From the UHGV virus genome UHGV-1374573: DNA of 45,706 bases, one strand, 5' to 3'. Both the position numbers and the translations under genes were made by a program. Under the pieces are notes generated by a model. It was given only the letters and a program-made list of their open reading frames with translations. It did not search any database and was not told where the DNA came from. Source of the DNA: a virus. Shown here one piece after another: positions 27,126 to 36,321 of the stretch (position 1 is its first letter; each line of letters begins with the position of its first letter).

Positions 27126-28518
27126 TCAATCCCTCCTCAATGTCAGGGAGTTGTTGATTGAGTTCTATGTTTTCTTGCTCTATTCTTTCCATTTCGGCCA
27201 CAGGATCTTCAACCCAAGCATGGTTAGAAAGAATAGTTTCTTTAGATAATAACCCTGTAGAATTCATAGCGATTTGAGAGTTTTCTAACTCATTAACCAT
27301 TACATTGAAGTTGAATGTAATCTCGATGTCTTGCACTTTCACATCTAATCTGTAGAAGTCGATAATGTACTGCAATAACTCTTGTAATGCAGTAAGTGTT
27401 TTATTCTTTAGCTTGTTAGCTTTTAAGTCTAAGTTGCTGTACATAAATTTAAGTGCAATACCACTCGGGCTATTGCCAAATTTATCTTGTTGGAAGTCTA
27501 CACCTTGTCCAAACTCTATAATGTAATCACGTAACATCTTCGTGTATTCCTTAACAGAGTCAATAGGCACTTCTACTTTGATAGTGTCTACACCCGAACC
27601 ACTTTCCCCTGCAACACTAATCGCTTTATAGTATTTAAGGTTATGCATGAAATCTTTCATATCTTCGCCTTCATAACCTTTTAAGATATAGATTAACTCT
27701 ACTGATTCGTCAAAAGTGTTTTGTGTATCTGATAATCGCTTATCTAACGCATCTATGATTGTCTTATACATGAATAAGTCAGATACTTCTTGCGGGTTGT
27801 TCTTGAACGGAATAAAAGGAACACGTCCCCAACTCATCAATTTATTACCTTGATAATAATGAGGTTGTATATGATCTTCACTACGGTAGAAATCAGGGAT
27901 AAGTTGTCCTTCTTTCAACTCATAGAATGTCACATCATCTTTAGTCCAATACTCAACGCGTTCTGCTCCGTCTAATTCATATACACGGATAAACGCTTGC
28001 AGTTCATCTCTTTCCTTATTAGTCCAAATAGGTACAGCTTGTTCTGCAGGTACACGAAACGTTTTAAATTCTCCCTCTTCATCTACATAAGGTTGAACCC
28101 ATTCGATACCCTTATTACTTGCAGCAGTTAATATATCCACTAATTTGTCATCCCACTTGTGATTAAGTGTATGTTGTATTTGTTTTAATGCTTTGTCATT
28201 ATCTACACCAAATGTCACAGGATTAGCAACTGCATATGCTACTTTCTGGTCTACTAAGTTTTGATGGTAGTTAGTATACATGCGCCAGTCTGGTTTAGTT
28301 TCGTCGTAGTCGCCGTTCACATCTCTTTTGAAAGGAGCGTCTAATATATCTGGGTGATGATTATAATATCTTTCACCCATTGTAATATTGTCTATGTTCT
28401 CTTTATGCTCTCTAACTAAGCGCAATATCATTTCTTCTTGCGTTTCATACTTCGGTTTGATTTGTTCTACCACTTGTTCGTGATATGGTTTATCCCACGG
28501 CCAGTTAATGCTAATCAC
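27082..28518 (-). CDS. Portal protein
   Basis: 478 aa. Immediately downstream of TerL. Confidence 0.8.
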   Translation of the reverse strand: MISINWPWDKPYHEQVVEQIKPKYETQEEMILRLVREHKENIDNITMGERYYNHHPDILDAPFKRDVNGDYDETKPDWRMYTNYHQNLVDQKVAYAVANPVTFGVDNDKALKQIQHTLNHKWDDKLVDILTAASNKGIEWVQPYVDEEGEFKTFRVPAEQAVPIWTNKERDELQAFIRVYELDGAERVEYWTKDDVTFYELKEGQLIPDFYRSEDHIQPHYYQGNKLMSWGRVPFIPFKNNPQEVSDLFMYKTIIDALDKRLSDTQNTFDESVELIYILKGYEGEDMKDFMHNLKYYKAISVAGESGSGVDTIKVEVPIDSVKEYTKMLRDYIIEFGQGVDFQQDKFGNSPSGIALKFMYSNLDLKANKLKNKTLTALQELLQYIIDFYRLDVKVQDIEITFNFNVMVNELENSQIAMNSTGLLSKETILSNHAWVEDPVAEMERIEQENIELNQQLPDIEEGLNDEQQRQSEDNQSE

Positions 28519-28523
28519 CTCGT

Positions 28524-29789
28524 TTACGTAAGTATGCTAAGTTTATTCTGCCTCATGTCACGCTCTAAGGCGTATCTAGTGGCGTCAATTGTATGGTCGT
28601 TTTTATCTTCTAATTTAGGAATAATATCTCCATCTTTATCAGTTTGATAATCTATGTTTTCAAATTCTCTTGCTATATTCGGTGTACGTTTTGGATCTAT
28701 TATGATAGCTTCTAAATCAGATAACCATTGTTCACCATATTCTCTGCTATCAGGTCCTTTTTTAACCGGTCTTACTTTTTTCATGCCATGTTCTCGCTTT
28801 AATTCAGCTATTGATTTAGGTTCGGCATGGTCAGCGTAAATGTCGTCTGACTGATATTTTCTTTCCCACATTTCGTTTGCATATTGCCTATTACTAATCT
28901 GAACACCGTAATATTCATCGATAGCGTAAATAACCCGTTTCTTTTTATCATAATGCCAACGGACAAACGCTAACGGATCGTCAGCATATCCAAAGTCAAG
29001 GCCATTCCTTATGTTGTCAAAACCGTCAATCATTTCTTGGGGTATCGTTTCTATTTGTAAGTTATTAAACGGTACAACGCCACTACCAATAGCTTCACCC
29101 ATATATTCCCAACGATAACGTTGTTCGTTACGTTCTTTAGCACTCTCTGCCTCTTGTATGAATTGTTTAGATATAAAAGGATTATCTAAGTACGTTGAAT
29201 GATGTACAAACGTATTATCCGGTTGGAATGAGGTTTCGTATTTTTTGTTAACCCACGATTGTTTTCTCTTAGGTGGGTTGTAACTAAAGAAAAACTTGTA
29301 AAATAACCCGTCGTCTAGTTCTCCACGTAACATAGAGTTAGTAATTGTTGTGACTTCATCTTCTGTCTTAAATTCTGCCAACTCCTCTATCCACATGATA
29401 GAAAAAGGGAACCGACTATCTTTTAACGACTTTAATCGCTCAGGGTTCTGCGCCCCTCTAAAGATAATCCGATTCCCTCTAGGAACATACGTGATTTCCA
29501 TTGGCGACACTTTAACTTTGAACAGGTGCGACACCTTTTGTTCTTCTATCGCCCACTTAATTTGCTCAAATACTGATGTAGCTAATGTATTATCTGTCTT
29601 ACGTACTACAACTGCATTCATAGGATAGCGCATGATTAACTGTGTAATGATGATAGATATATCTGAGGACTTACCACTACCACGTCCACCTTTAGCTACT
29701 ATGTTAAGCTTCTCTCTATCTTTAGTCGCTTTCCATAAGCTATGGAAGTGTTTAGGTAACAGTTCAGATAGGTTAATCGATATCGTCAT
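28524..29789 (-). CDS. terL: Terminase large subunit (PBSX/XtmB-like)
   Basis: 421 aa. Walker A-like AKGGRGSGKS. Overlaps the TerS stop. Confidence 0.85.
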   Translation of the reverse strand: MTISINLSELLPKHFHSLWKATKDREKLNIVAKGGRGSGKSSDISIIITQLIMRYPMNAVVVRKTDNTLATSVFEQIKWAIEEQKVSHLFKVKVSPMEITYVPRGNRIIFRGAQNPERLKSLKDSRFPFSIMWIEELAEFKTEDEVTTITNSMLRGELDDGLFYKFFFSYNPPKRKQSWVNKKYETSFQPDNTFVHHSTYLDNPFISKQFIQEAESAKERNEQRYRWEYMGEAIGSGVVPFNNLQIETIPQEMIDGFDNIRNGLDFGYADDPLAFVRWHYDKKKRVIYAIDEYYGVQISNRQYANEMWERKYQSDDIYADHAEPKSIAELKREHGMKKVRPVKKGPDSREYGEQWLSDLEAIIIDPKRTPNIAREFENIDYQTDKDGDIIPKLEDKNDHTIDATRYALERDMRQNKLSILT

Positions 29790-30153
29790 TGAACTGTACC
29801 GTCGCAGTCGTTTCGATTTGTTGTCTTTCTACAGGTGTATATCCTGTACGATCTAATATATCTTTAGAGGCTTGGTAGCGTACTAGTTCGCTTTTAGCGT
29901 CTAACAAGTTAATCATCGTTTGTAAGGCTTTCGGTACCTGCTTAGATAAATGCTCTGCTTGGTAACCTTTAAAACCCTCTCTGAATTTATCATTATGCTT
30001 CCAACGGGATATAGTAGAACGATTAACGTCAATTTCTACTGCTATCTCTCCCTCTGCTAAATCTGTTTCGTTCTTCAAACGTATATATTCTTGTTGTTTC
30101 TTAGTTAATTCTAAGTACGCCCCGAATGTTGCGTTATTTTGCATGTTAGTCAT
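29773..30153 (-). CDS. terS: Terminase small subunit
   Basis: 126 aa. HTH-like N-terminus. Precedes and overlaps terL. AGGTGG RBS. Confidence 0.75.
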   Translation of the reverse strand: MTNMQNNATFGAYLELTKKQQEYIRLKNETDLAEGEIAVEIDVNRSTISRWKHNDKFREGFKGYQAEHLSKQVPKALQTMINLLDAKSELVRYQASKDILDRTGYTPVERQQIETTATVQFNDDID

Positions 30154-30193
30154 CGTATATTACCACCTACTTTACGTTATACACTCTTTATAT

Positions 30194-30222
30194 TTAAAAA
30201 AAGACACTGCGTAAACAGTGCC
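30194..30222 (-). terminator. Terminator-like hairpin plus T7 tract 40 nt upstream of the terS start
   Basis: On the minus strand: GGCACTG-tttacg-CAGTGTC followed by TTTTTTT. Confidence 0.5.
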
Positions 30223-30601
30223 TAATGATTATGTTTTGTTATTTATTTGAGTTTATGTACTCATGTCACATCTCTATGTCACATCAATACATAAAAATAA
30301 GTTACCCGTGTGTTCTCACGGATAACTAATTAAGGGAGGAGAAAAATTACATGTCAAGTATTCATATCATCGTATCGGAAGCCGTGTTGTAAGATTCAAT
30401 AAAACTACCCGCCACTCTGACGGATAGTTAAGTAATCGGATGCGCAACGTCTAATCAAGGACGATAAACACTTATCCAATCACTTCAATATTGAATACCC
30501 CACCATAGTGCGAAAGGATAAACACTATGTCTTGTGAGGTAATTCTTACAATATCATAATACACCGATTATAAACGGACTTACACACTTCAAAAGTCCAC
30601 C

Positions 30602-31018
30602 TTACACATAACCTATGAATTCTGCTAATCTATTTATCATCGCATCACGTCGTCTTAATATACTCGTCTTACTTGTTCCAAAGTAGTCAGCTATATCTTC
30701 CCATTCACTACAACCTATTGGACATTCCCAATATCTCAAACGCATTAAGTCTTGTGTGTCTTCATCTGATTCATAAATAAGTTTATCTACACCTTTTACA
30801 ATGTTCCGTAAGTTGTTATAACGATTGTCACTTAACTTCTTAATTGATTCTCTCTCGATAGGATTACCTGGTATATTACTTTTACCTGCACCTACATTCT
30901 CGGGTTCGTGGTTTTCTAGTAATTCATACTCTCTTACTTTTAACTCTCGTCTGTAGCGTTCTATGTTTTTGATATAATCTTCTAGTTTCTTTATATCGTG
31001 TCGTTCAATCGTTATCAT
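30602..31018 (-). CDS. rinA: RinA-family late-gene transcriptional activator
   Basis: 138 aa. Last gene before the terS-proximal gap. C-terminal HTH / sigma region-4-like (TSKTSILRRRDAMINRLAE). Confidence 0.7.
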   Translation of the reverse strand: MITIERHDIKKLEDYIKNIERYRRELKVREYELLENHEPENVGAGKSNIPGNPIERESIKKLSDNRYNNLRNIVKGVDKLIYESDEDTQDLMRLRYWECPIGCSEWEDIADYFGTSKTSILRRRDAMINRLAEFIGYV

Positions 31019-31035
31019 ACTTACCCTCCATTCCT

Positions 31036-31257
31036 TTAGTTTTCTTTTTTATTAATTCGCTTTTTGTGTTCTTCGTACTTTAAATTTTGAAAATCATTAC
31101 CGCCGTCATATTCATCCATTTTACTTAATATACTTTCTAAAGCTACAATTTCACCGATTTTAACATGGGTACTACGGTCTTTATCGTTTTGCATCATCAA
31201 AATTAAACTAAGAACTAGAGTTTTTAATTTAATCCACTTGGATTTATAAAACATCAC
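31036..31257 (-). CDS. Small membrane protein
   Basis: 73 aa with one TM helix. Confidence 0.4.
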   Translation of the reverse strand: MMFYKSKWIKLKTLVLSLILMMQNDKDRSTHVKIGEIVALESILSKMDEYDGGNDFQNLKYEEHKKRINKKEN

Positions 31258-31385
31258 TTACCCTCCATTCTCCAACTTATCTTTCAATGTCTTAATCTCA
31301 TACTCTTTCACTTCTAACTGATGTTTTAGATCATTCTGTTCAAGTATAGAGCCAAATAGTAGTAAAACTAATATAATGATTGCTA

Positions 31386-31784
31386 TTACGCCCCACATTG
31401 TTTGACCACCTCTAAATTAGGTTTGTGTTCTAGTACACGTCCGTTAAAACTACATGCATCTTCTTTAGCTGAATATAAATCGTCGTAAGATAAAGCTTCA
31501 AATACATTGTCAGTGATTATGCATGTGTTTCCATAACTACCTATATATTTTTTCACTAAATATACTCCTTTTTTTAACTCAACCACGTATTTGCCTATGT
31601 TGTTTTTATTATCCTTATTTTTCAACCAAGATACCTCTCTTTCTAAATGTAACTTATCTAATTGCAATCCATGTTTATCTTCCTGTAACTCATTAACTCT
31701 TTTCTCTGCTTTAATCCACTTATATATAGCAAAAATACACAGTACTAACACAATTATTACCGATGAAAAACTTATCCAAATCAC
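31386..31784 (-). CDS. N-terminally membrane-anchored hypothetical protein
   Basis: 132 aa. N-terminal TM helix followed by a coiled coil. Confidence 0.45.
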   Translation of the reverse strand: MIWISFSSVIIVLVLCIFAIYKWIKAEKRVNELQEDKHGLQLDKLHLEREVSWLKNKDNKNNIGKYVVELKKGVYLVKKYIGSYGNTCIITDNVFEALSYDDLYSAKEDACSFNGRVLEHKPNLEVVKQCGA

Positions 31785-31785
31785 A

Positions 31786-31986
31786 TTAATAACCTCCTAA
31801 AATCCCAAAATATAAAAAGTGTAAAAATAGCAAGATAGAAAGTAAAAACATGGTAACGGAAAACCCAATCGTTACATATTCCTTGTATTTAATTCCTTCA
31901 ACAAAAAGATATATTATAAATATCTCCATTAAAACAAAGACTATAGACAATGTTATAATTGTAATCATATATATAATTTCACCCAA
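31786..31986 (-). CDS. Small two-TM membrane protein
   Basis: 66 aa, almost entirely hydrophobic. Confidence 0.4.
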   Translation of the reverse strand: MGEIIYMITIITLSIVFVLMEIFIIYLFVEGIKYKEYVTIGFSVTMFLLSILLFLHFLYFGILGGY

Positions 31987-31989
31987 TAT

Positions 31990-32304
31990 TTAATAACCTC
32001 CGTATATGCCATTTAAATGAGCGTGGTCATTCTCGTCAAAGTCCTTAGGTACTTCCACCTCATCGTTTGCAGTCAACTTGTAATAAACTTCTCTGCCAAT
32101 CCACTTACCTAACTCGTACATTGCGATAGTGAACCAAATTTTTAATATTCGTTTAATCATCTTATCCTCCTCATATATCTTCATTGCCTTTTCTTTACTC
32201 TCTGCATTAATCACAGTTGCCGTCTGATTATCTTTAAGCTTTGCTACATGTCTGTGTTGTATACCTGTTGAATCTGTGAATGTTGTGATTAAGTATTGTG
32301 TCAC
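31990..32304 (-). CDS. Hypothetical protein
   Basis: 104-aa ORF. Confidence 0.45.
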   Translation of the reverse strand: MTQYLITTFTDSTGIQHRHVAKLKDNQTATVINAESKEKAMKIYEEDKMIKRILKIWFTIAMYELGKWIGREVYYKLTANDEVEVPKDFDENDHAHLNGIYGGY

Positions 32305-32319
32305 TTACCAAGCACCTCT

Positions 32320-32523
32320 TTACTCTTTCTTTTTAAATTTCAAAGTCACTACATCTCTAAAATGTTGGTTTCTTGTATGAGTTTCTGAAAGTTTATAATT
32401 AGTTATCATTTCAATAACTTCATAATCTACTAGGTTCAGATAAGATATATGAATATTAGTTTCATCTTTTCCGTTAAATAATCTTTTTAATATTTTTATT
32501 GTCGGTTGTTCAAAGTCTTTCAC
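32320..32523 (-). CDS. Hypothetical protein
   Basis: 67-aa ORF. Confidence 0.4.
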   Translation of the reverse strand: MKDFEQPTIKILKRLFNGKDETNIHISYLNLVDYEVIEMITNYKLSETHTRNQHFRDVVTLKFKKKE

Positions 32524-32559
32524 TTTTTCAACACCTCTTTTACTTTTTCTACTATGTCC

Positions 32560-32883
32560 TTACTCTTTAAGGTCTGCTTCTTTGACGAATGTTCCATTGA
32601 TTGTCTTTCCTTTTCTTCCTTTAATCTCATCATATGCAAACTGTAAACACTCCTGTAACGTCATATCATGTTGTTGTGCTAATATGATTAATGTAACGAC
32701 TGTATCGCCTATACCGTCTTTTAATGCCTCTAAATTACTACGTGATAATGCTGCGCCGACTTCTCCTGCCTCTTCATAAAACTTCAACGCTTGTCTATCC
32801 GGATTGCCATTGTGCAAATCTTTATCCTTACTCCATTGTTCTACCTGTTTAATTAATTGATCTACTGTTAATTGATTAGTCAT
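32560..32883 (-). CDS. MazG-like nucleoside triphosphate pyrophosphohydrolase
   Basis: 107 aa. EEAGEVGAA metal-binding motif typical of the MazG/HisE fold. Confidence 0.7.
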   Translation of the reverse strand: MTNQLTVDQLIKQVEQWSKDKDLHNGNPDRQALKFYEEAGEVGAALSRSNLEALKDGIGDTVVTLIILAQQHDMTLQECLQFAYDEIKGRKGKTINGTFVKEADLKE

Positions 32884-33073
32884 TTATTGTTCCTCCATTT
32901 TCTACTAAACTCTTTGAATTATTTTCCACTATTTTGTCGTACAACTCTGCCTTGCGATATACTTCGTTAAGCTCTTTGATTAACAAACACCCGTCGTGTC
33001 CTGTAAAAGCTGTAGAGGATACTATGCAACGTTGGATAAATTCTCTATTGTCCATTGCAAGCCTCCAAATCAC
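32876..33073 (-). CDS. Hypothetical protein
   Basis: 65-aa ORF. Confidence 0.35.
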   Translation of the reverse strand: MIWRLAMDNREFIQRCIVSSTAFTGHDGCLLIKELNEVYRKAELYDKIVENNSKSLVENGGTIND

Positions 33074-33302
33074 TTAATAAATTTTGAAACTCATGCGTTC
33101 CGTCTAGTTGGTCCATGTATTTTAAATCTCGATTTAATTCGTTTTCACTTACCATTGCGTTAGCTATTTGAAACAACTGATATTGATTGTTTGGTGTTAT
33201 TATTTGATTTACTGAGCGATGTACTTCCACATATTCTTTTAATTTCTTCTCTTTCAACTTTATCCATAAACTTTTATAATCTTTATCTTTCATTATCTGC
33301 AC
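33045..33302 (-). CDS. Hypothetical protein
   Basis: 85-aa ORF. Confidence 0.4.
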   Translation of the reverse strand: MQIMKDKDYKSLWIKLKEKKLKEYVEVHRSVNQIITPNNQYQLFQIANAMVSENELNRDLKYMDQLDGTHEFQNLLSDLEACNGQ

Positions 33303-33582
33303 GCTCCTTAAAATTTATAATCACATGACAGATGTTTTGAAATATTGCATCCGGTTCTCTATCTTTTAATGTCCCGTTAACGATTAAATCATCTATCTCA
33401 TCAAACGCCTCTGCCTTCTTTTTAATTTCTGCCATATCATTGATGAGTTCATCACGTTGTTTCTTGTATGAGTCACGTTCATCTCTGAACTTCCACCAAT
33501 CACTACGCGGATAGCTTTCGTCTAAATCTAAGTCTTTATTCCTGATAAATTCTAATAATTGTTCTTTAGTTATTTCTGCCAT
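33283..33582 (-). CDS. Hypothetical protein
   Basis: 99-aa acidic ORF. Confidence 0.4.
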   Translation of the reverse strand: MAEITKEQLLEFIRNKDLDLDESYPRSDWWKFRDERDSYKKQRDELINDMAEIKKKAEAFDEIDDLIVNGTLKDREPDAIFQNICHVIINFKERADNER

Positions 33583-33584
33583 TC

Positions 33585-33941
33585 CTATCCCTCATTCCAT
33601 TTAGAATTCTCTTTCAAAAGCCCTGCTTTTCTTAACTCATCGTTTAAGCAATATTTCCCGTCCTCGTACCACACATTAGCTAGGTATCTACCGAACACAT
33701 CGCTCTTGTAGGTCTGTACGTATATCTTCTTGCCTTCTACACACGTTTTAGTAAAGTCGGTAGCTTCTTTATAATTCTCTTGTCCTCTTTCAGGTGTATC
33801 TACATTAAGTAACCTTACTCTACGTTCTGCAGTTGTCTTGAAGCCTAAATCCAGTAAAATATCTATCGTGTCACCGTCAACTACATTGGTACATATAGCT
33901 TGGAAAGTATATAAATGATTTTTTATATCTATCTCAAACAC
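33585..33941 (-). CDS. SNase-like (staphylococcal/micrococcal nuclease fold) protein
   Basis: 118 aa. DGDTIDILL and RVRLLNVDTPE match the SNase Ca-binding and catalytic blocks. Confidence 0.65.
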   Translation of the reverse strand: MFEIDIKNHLYTFQAICTNVVDGDTIDILLDLGFKTTAERRVRLLNVDTPERGQENYKEATDFTKTCVEGKKIYVQTYKSDVFGRYLANVWYEDGKYCLNDELRKAGLLKENSKWNEG

Positions 33942-34114
33942 TCCCTGTTCTTTTTAATATCGTTTTCACTAACTTTCATCGTCACTCTACTTCCTGCTAC
34001 CTTAACCACAAAGCCTTTAACACCTAGCTGTCGTAATTCACGCTGTATCTCTGTAGGTGTCTTGCCTTGTGTGTTGTATTTGTATCGTTGAGATACCGTG
34101 TCACTTAGCAGCAT
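33929..34114 (-). CDS. Hypothetical small protein
   Basis: 61-aa ORF. Confidence 0.35.
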   Translation of the reverse strand: MLLSDTVSQRYKYNTQGKTPTEIQRELRQLGVKGFVVKVAGSRVTMKVSENDIKKNRECLR

Positions 34115-34715
34115 TTATTTTGTCCTTAACTTCTTTTTGTTTGTGTAATAATTTAACAAAGTTGATTCCTGCTTTAGTCAGGTCGCGATCAGTCGACGTT
34201 AAATTAAGTTTGTTAATGCGCACTAATTCTTTACGACTTACCAATGCTATATTTTCTTCGCTACAGTCTGACCTGTTTTGATTCAAATGTATTAAACAAT
34301 ATCCTTTGGGCACAGGTCCGTGCTTTTGTTCCCATAAATAATGTGTGTATTGTTTCCAGCATTCGTTTTTTGAACCTCGTTTTTTGATTTTTATAAACTT
34401 ATAACCGTCAGTAGTGATTTTTATCGTTCCTAAAGGAAATGTGTTATCGGGCTTTTGTCCTTTCTTAAATTGAGTTTCAGCGCTTCTACCTCTGGAAGGA
34501 AAGCTTTTACCTTTGTTCCAAGAAGGCACACCTTTTTTAAACTTACAATCAACCCCACTTCTTATCCTTTTTCTCGAACAAAACCCTTTCATTTTATCTG
34601 TAGTAACATCAGTGCCAAACTCCTTATTAAACATTTCTGTCATTTCTTTCTTAGTTTTACCTTTGATGTTATTACGAATATATTTTTCATGCTCATCAGT
34701 CCATACATGTCTCAT
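34101..34715 (-). CDS. Free-standing HNH endonuclease
   Basis: 204 aa. HNH_3 motif (GYCLIHLNQNRSDCSEENIALVSRKEL). Basic, Zn-finger-like N-terminus. Confidence 0.7.
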   Translation of the reverse strand: MRHVWTDEHEKYIRNNIKGKTKKEMTEMFNKEFGTDVTTDKMKGFCSRKRIRSGVDCKFKKGVPSWNKGKSFPSRGRSAETQFKKGQKPDNTFPLGTIKITTDGYKFIKIKKRGSKNECWKQYTHYLWEQKHGPVPKGYCLIHLNQNRSDCSEENIALVSRKELVRINKLNLTSTDRDLTKAGINFVKLLHKQKEVKDKINAAK

Positions 34716-34720
34716 GGCTA

Positions 34721-34975
34721 TTACTCTCCTAACAACTTAGGGATTTCTGATTCTGCGTCTAATTTTTCATCTTTAAACTTTTGTGCTTGCAGCACTAAAC
34801 TGCCGTTATTAATGATATTTTGAGCCACTTTAGAAACTGCACTAGATCTTTGTAACTCCTCTTTTAATTCATCGCCTTTTAAATCTTCATCGCTTAATCT
34901 TTCTAATTGTGCAAATAAATGATTGTTTAAATCTGTCAATGTGTTTCTCATTTCATTAACCCTCCCACTTTTCAA
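34721..34975 (-). CDS. Hypothetical protein
   Basis: 84-aa ORF. Confidence 0.4.
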   Translation of the reverse strand: MKSGRVNEMRNTLTDLNNHLFAQLERLSDEDLKGDELKEELQRSSAVSKVAQNIINNGSLVLQAQKFKDEKLDAESEIPKLLGE

Positions 34976-35399
34976 ATACTCTATTTAGGTACCAACGCGC
35001 TTTGTCTAAATCTTCTTTACCGTTCTTACGATTAGCTCTACTTATATATTTAATTGCATTACCAATCGCAAATGCTAACTCTGGTTTGTAATCTTTAGTG
35101 ACTTGCTCTATGAAGTCTATGATTTCTATTTCTCCATACGTATAATGCGACGGGTGGTTAACCTTGTCATCTAATGTCTTTTTAGTTCCTTCATTTCCAT
35201 TAGGTAATGAGTAAAAATCGTAACTATCATCAATAGTCCAAGTTCTCCCGTCAATTGCTTCTACATCAGCAACCCATCTATCTATATCAAGACTTGACTG
35301 AACTAAACGATAAACATTTTTTATTTGCATTGTAATTTCAACACCGTTAACTTCTTGGATTCTGATTCTATCGCCTATAATCAAATCTTTAATGCTCAT
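34956..35399 (-). CDS. Conserved phage protein (NHPSHY motif, DUF3310-like)
   Basis: 147-aa ORF containing VNHPSHYTYGEIEIIDFIE. Confidence 0.45.
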   Translation of the reverse strand: MSIKDLIIGDRIRIQEVNGVEITMQIKNVYRLVQSSLDIDRWVADVEAIDGRTWTIDDSYDFYSLPNGNEGTKKTLDDKVNHPSHYTYGEIEIIDFIEQVTKDYKPELAFAIGNAIKYISRANRKNGKEDLDKARWYLNRVFEKWEG

Positions 35400-35755
35400 G
35401 ATCTAACCACCTTTCTAGGGAATATGTCATTCTCCATAAGATGCTTGCACCATTTACCACGAGGGTGTTTTTGAGGCACTGTGAATAAATGTGGTTTCTT
35501 ACGTTTCAACTCTTGTAATCTACGTTGTGCCATTCTCTCTTTATAACTAGCGATTCCGTCCTCTTTAGGTTTTAAACTATCCCATTCACTACGTCTTACT
35601 CCCAAAGGAGCTTCTATTGCATCTTCAAAATTCCAACCAGAAGCTAATCTTTGTCTTAAGATATCGAGATTGATATCTGCTTCTTTCATTTTCTCTACTA
35701 CATCTGGTGTAATAGAGAAGTATTTATTTTTAACTCTCATTTTTGTCGATTCCAT
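35396..35755 (-). CDS. Hypothetical protein
   Basis: 119-aa ORF. Confidence 0.45.
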   Translation of the reverse strand: MESTKMRVKNKYFSITPDVVEKMKEADINLDILRQRLASGWNFEDAIEAPLGVRRSEWDSLKPKEDGIASYKERMAQRRLQELKRKKPHLFTVPQKHPRGKWCKHLMENDIFPRKVVRS

Positions 35756-35947
35756 TTACTCCACCTCTATTAATTCAACTAGTTCAAAATCTTCATTCAT
35801 CAACTCTTTGTCAGGATTGTTACTGATTAAATCTAAAATGCGTTCCTTTTCATCACTTGCAGTAATTTGATTGTTTACCCAAACTGGATACTTACATCTA
35901 ACTTTCATTGTTGCTTCGACTGTGATTGTTTCTTCTCTGTTAGCCAT
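35756..35947 (-). CDS. Hypothetical protein
   Basis: 63-aa ORF. Confidence 0.35.
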   Translation of the reverse strand: MANREETITVEATMKVRCKYPVWVNNQITASDEKERILDLISNNPDKELMNEDFELVELIEVE

Positions 35948-36321
35948 TACTCATCACCTACTAATTCGCCATCATTCCAGATGAGTGTCATTGTATCTCC
36001 ATCTTTCAACCAAAATTCTTTGCTAAAATCATCTTTTAGTTCATTGATAGATTTTTCAACCCGTTTAACTCCACCACCATTTACAAATATTTCCAACATT
36101 TCTGGTATCTTTGTTTCTTCCGTAACTTCTTCTTCAACTTCTACTGTGAAAGTTTCATCTACAACGATTGAATACTCTATCGACACTGTTTGCACCATGT
36201 CAAAATACACAGAACCTCTGTCAATATTGCTATAAAATGCTTTTTCTTTAACACCATTCTTCCAAGCCCACTCAATCAATTCTGGTAATGTCATTTCAAC
36301 TTTCTTTTTAATCTTTACCAT
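35947..36321 (-). CDS. Hypothetical protein
   Basis: 124-aa acidic ORF. Confidence 0.45.
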   Translation of the reverse strand: MVKIKKKVEMTLPELIEWAWKNGVKEKAFYSNIDRGSVYFDMVQTVSIEYSIVVDETFTVEVEEEVTEETKIPEMLEIFVNGGGVKRVEKSINELKDDFSKEFWLKDGDTMTLIWNDGELVGDE

